DNA from: Phoronis australis
Lineage: Eukaryota; Animalia; Phoronida
Reading direction: 5' to 3'
Assembly: GCA_002633005.1 (NCBI GenBank)
Contig: NMRA01000119.1
Coordinates: forward strand, 248,001 to 312,000
DNA length: 64,000 nt
Shown: positions 59,790 through 64,000 of the stretch, piece by piece
Layout: every line of letters starts with the position of its first letter
How positions within the stretch are numbered: position 1 is the stretch's first letter
Translations under genes and position numbers: made by a program
Notes under the pieces: model-generated
What the model was told of the DNA's origin: nothing
What the model saw: the letters and a program-made list of their open reading frames with translations, nothing else
The model's database searches: none

Positions 59790-60030
59790 TGTTTGGTTTA
59801 TTGGTATTTAGTCTGTGTATAAATACGGTGACATGTTTTGAGTCTGACAGTAACCCACAGATGGGAAGAAAAGGGATTATATCAAACAAAAACATGGCAT
59901 CACCTTAAGCGATTAGTTTAATGGGGCGGAAAATAGTAAAAGGTCACAATTGAGAGCTACCGAATATCTAACACCTATTTCGTCGATAAACCCGCGGGAT
60001 ATCAACTAATGTCAGAAAAGGGGGCGGGGT
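59790..60030 (-). promoter_or_regulatory. Putative NK2.1 proximal promoter
   Basis: TATA-like element near 59818-59825 (TATTTATA on minus, TATAAATA on plus), CCAAT on minus near 59800, GC boxes GGGGCGG near 59923 and 60021, CpG-rich leader. Confidence 0.45.
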
Positions 60031-62482
60031 TTCTCAAATGACAATCAAGTAGGTCTGATGCTGGCATCATTCAAAAGATCAGCTTACCATAGTCCAAATG
60101 AAATTATAAGTTCCCGTTCATTACGGATTTACAATCTAAGTCGTACTCAGGCAAAATTTATGCACCTTGATTTTGTGCAATTATCTTTCGCCCCGTGTCA
60201 TGTCAGAAATTCAGAAAAATGTACTAACCGTACAGTTGGTGATAATTCTGTGACTAAAATTCAAATTAGTTAAAATACAACAACCAAGGCCAGTCGAGCA
60301 AGCTAAAGATCGATGCGTATTCTAAGCTCTCAGGGAGCCGTCAATCATTCTCATACCTGTGTATACCGACTGCATTAAGTCAGATCAGGGAAGCATTAAC
60401 AAACAGGTAAGCCACACCTGCATATGGTGACACGATTACGACACGGCTAGCTTGGTATGCTGCAATAGTTCAATGCATTTTATTTATTGTTTACGAAATT
60501 GAAAGGCCGTATTAGGCTTTTGGCGAGTGTAGCCGAAGGAGTTCATTGCGCACAGACTGGATAGCAAGCAAATAAATAAACATATGATAACATGTGAAAC
60601 TGGCATAAATAACAAATGGCTAATTAACGATAGTCATTGACTGTGACTCACGCCAACCCATTCGAAGATACGACAGTTAAAGACGCAATAAGCCCGCTTT
60701 CCATAAAAATAACTTTTGATCTAATAGTCCACTAACTGCTATAAATTTGATCTCAACCTATTCCTTATTCATATTAGCTTGGCGGGGAAATATTTTTGTT
60801 ATATTAGTTCAGGTCAGGCTGAGTAAGTTGGTTAGATTGGGGGAGCCACTGCATGAACTTACGAAGGGTCGACCTTTTCAGCTCTCGGAGATTGTTTCTA
60901 ATCTGGATGAGGAACAAACTGAGAACAATGGTCTAAATAACAAGAATCTTTATAGCAGATATAAATTAGTCTACATTTCACTTCAAAAGCTGTAAAACCT
61001 GTCAATTTTTAGTCAGTGTTTCTGATGGGGCTTCCGTCGTAAGTGCAAAACTTCAATACTGAAAGGTGTGTGCGGCGCGTACATGAGTACCGATTATTTG
61101 ATGAACTCTTTGAAGGTAAAATAAAACTCACTTTTCTCCTAACGAGTGTCCCGTTACTGCCTTGTTTTTGTTGCACGGCCATCTGGCAGTAGTCAAAACT
61201 AAACAAGCACATTCTTTTGTTTTTTCTTCAAAATTTCAGATTCAAATGAAACTGAAATGTTGCCTAGTTAGCAAAAAGAGTGGGACTGATTTGAGAGTGG
61301 TCAAATTAGAAATGGTTAGTCAGTTTGCGTCAGTTGTTTCAGGTGACATGCATCTTTTTGTGTCGTTTATTTAAAACACAACCATGTGAAATCGACGCAA
61401 GACATGTATCAGGTCTTCCAGACCGTCTCAGACTTTGAACATTGGTGTCAAGAATTGGGAAATTAGCTACTACACTACGACCCGTCAACAATAGGGGTCA
61501 TTAGCTGTCTGAGAACACGGACCACCCGGCAGACGATACGCGATTGCGGTCAACATTCTAAATACAGTTTAATTAGAAGAAGTGGAAGGATCACAAGTGT
61601 TCAGAAGGGGCTCCAACGCGTCCTTGAGTGGACACGTTGCGCGCTCGGATGTATCTACAACGGCTGTGGTGAATCTCACCTGCCGGTGTTAATTAAATAT
61701 TTCATCTTGACAATCAGATGCCCAAAGGGAAATAGCGTGCGTTTACTTAGTTATGTAAAACCTTGTTAGACAGTAATGTCTTTAACTTTCATTGATGTTT
61801 TCGCAAAGATCTTTCAGCGCTACTCGTTGAGACGACCTGAGTGGTCTTTTGATTAACACTTGCCGCAAAATGAAAATTTTGACAACTTGTTCTCGAGACC
61901 TAGTTATCGTTATACCGCTCGTAATCACGCCTTCGCGAAACACAATTTGACTTATGTGAGAAAAAGGTATGTCAGCGTACCACTTTGACCTGCTAAATAA
62001 ATGAAATTTTAGATTAATTTACTTTTCACGGCATTTTCCTGCAGCAAACATAACGTAATTACATTATGTCGTTTTGTTAAAGTAATTACAAATGTAATTA
62101 ATAGATTTTCACACGAATAAATGATAACAGATACACCCTCTATTTAAATGAAAATTGAGTTATACTGAAAATAAGATAAAGAGAAATGTCTGCGTTTGTA
62201 CAAGACAGACAAAACATTTATGATTACCTTCAGTTTCAAAAAGAAATACCTTACCAAAATGTCTCCAAAACTTTCAGATTACCTAGATTTTTATTTTTGA
62301 CATTTAATTTTGTTTCACATTCTTTCAAAAATCCCTTTCAGACATTGGATTATCATTGTAACGATGATCTCGAAAGAAATTGCTAATTCATTTTGTTTAA
62401 ATTTTGGATTTATTTTACAGTGCTCGTGATTTCTACCGTCATCAATAAATGAACCGATAAGCGTCCCTTAGGAGGTTGAATC

Positions 62483-62574
62483 TATGGAACGCCCGAGTCA
62501 ACTCTGACGCGCCTCGATGACTCGTAACGTGTCTGAAAAGACCCGTCAGAAGGTGACGCTAGGGGCGTTCCATA
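62483..62574. repeat. Short imperfect palindrome / miniature foldback element
   Basis: tatggaacgccc..tctgacg pairs with cgtcaga..gggcgttccata. Confidence 0.7.
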
Positions 62575-63625
62575 TGAATCAGTGCTCGCGTATGTGTATC
62601 GTTGGGAGGGCTAGTGGTTTCATTCTACGACCCTCTGTCGATGCGATTCTGAATGTGTGTGCTCAGTAACGCCGACGGCGACGCCGAGGACGACGACAAC
62701 GATAACATTAACTCTGTGCGTGATTTCTTAGTAAACGAGATATAACTACTCAAAGAAAATTATTTCATAAACTTGAAAAAACAAGAACTGGTAAGTGGTA
62801 ACGTGATACTATCCGCTTTACGGGAAATTAGAAATAATCTGGCCAAACGTTTGTTTTACTTCGACCCCTCTTGCCTCAAACGCTAACACGTACACCCCCC
62901 AAACTGTTGTAAGCTAGCATCATCTCAACTAAAATCTAATCACCAAAATTTCTGTTTCGCCTGCGGCATAACTTCACGACCAATGAAGACTCAGAACGGA
63001 ACATTACTGTGAGTTCCCTATAAGACACGATATAGAAGATTACGACTCTAAAGCAAACACGCTCACACAAGACCATATCAAGCAAACACATCAAATAAAC
63101 AATACTTGAGATTCCATCCAAATAAAAAACAAACCATAAATTCAATGCTCCCTTTGTTAGACAACTAAGGAATCAGAAATAAAGCGGAAATCTTCTTTAG
63201 ATGACCCTAACGCTTAACTAAAATAGAAAGGTTCGCAATGCATATACTCATAAGTGAGTCATACTTGCTCAGTTTTAAATAAAAGCTGCCAACGTCAATC
63301 TAAATTCTAAATAGTGTTTCATAACATTGGAAACAAATATGAAAAGGAAATAAACAAACAGTGACGATCAGCCTCGATTAACTTGCAAAACGATAATAAG
63401 TAAAAAAAAAAACATAATACATGATACAAATATTTTACGAACTCTACGTTTGAATATTTCTGTGCTAACTCACGTGATCATGTCAACTTAAGCACTAACA
63501 AGTAAAGCATTTTGGCCGCTGTAATATAGGAAGATCAAGGAATACCCCTACCATTGGCGTGGCTGTTCATCTGGGTCTGTTGGCTGAACATATTTACCTT
63601 GCGGACAACTTTCAAAGATTTGTAC

Positions 63626-63762
63626 CAGTAGCGGATTTAGAGGGGCGGGGAGGTAAGGGGGGGGGGCAAGGGGTCATGCACCCGTNTCCACTTGGCAGGG
63701 AGAATCCTAGCTAATACTCTGCCCTGGCCTCCTCCCAACTCAAAATACTGGATTCGCCCCTG
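63626..63762. mobile_element. Small G-rich MITE-like element with degenerate TIRs and 5-bp TSD (TGTAC)
   Basis: tgtac|cagtagcggatttag ... ctggattcgcccctg|tgtac. Confidence 0.6.
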
Positions 63763-64000
63763 TGTACTATCGAAGATAGATTATCCATTACAGTTTCAGT
63801 TCCAAGTTGCAGAGACAACATCGTGCATCAGTCTTTTCATCAATCTGTTCATGGTACTTTAAATAAGAATAATTTGGCAGCAAATCCTCCTGTAGACAAA
63901 ATTTGTCGAACTCACAACGTTCTCAACTAATCATTTTTATCGACATTCGCTCGAACTCTCTGTATCTTTGACGGTCATTCGCATCGCAAAAATAAAGAAG

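Overview
Eukaryotic (animal) genomic DNA, AT-rich, with one 415-N gap and a few single Ns. It holds two convergent spliced genes. On the + strand is the 3' part of XRN2 (5'-3' exoribonuclease 2): 19 hand-spliced, phase-consistent GT-AG exons from 125 to 38695 (1788 nt, 595 aa plus stop; the 5' end lies upstream of the window). It includes a 25-nt microexon, a 17.8-kb intron and an unusual GGYGNQ-repeat C-terminal tail. On the - strand is a complete two-exon NK2.1/NKX2-1/4 homeobox gene (59663-59354 + 56652-56096, 288 aa). The XRN2 -> <- NKX2.1/4 arrangement matches human XRN2-NKX2-4 on chr20 and is probably the edge of the deuterostome pharyngeal cluster (nkx2.1, nkx2.2, pax1/9, foxA); an invertebrate deuterostome such as a hemichordate is my inference, not something the sequence shows. 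The rest is introns and intergenic DNA with minisatellites, MITE-like elements, old dispersed repeats, two degenerate hammerhead-like motifs and candidate enhancers. Most short ORFs in the supplied track are spurious. I found no clear wholly new biological system; the best leads are the XRN2 low-complexity tail, a candidate cassette exon and a possible regulatory block inside the XRN2 intron.
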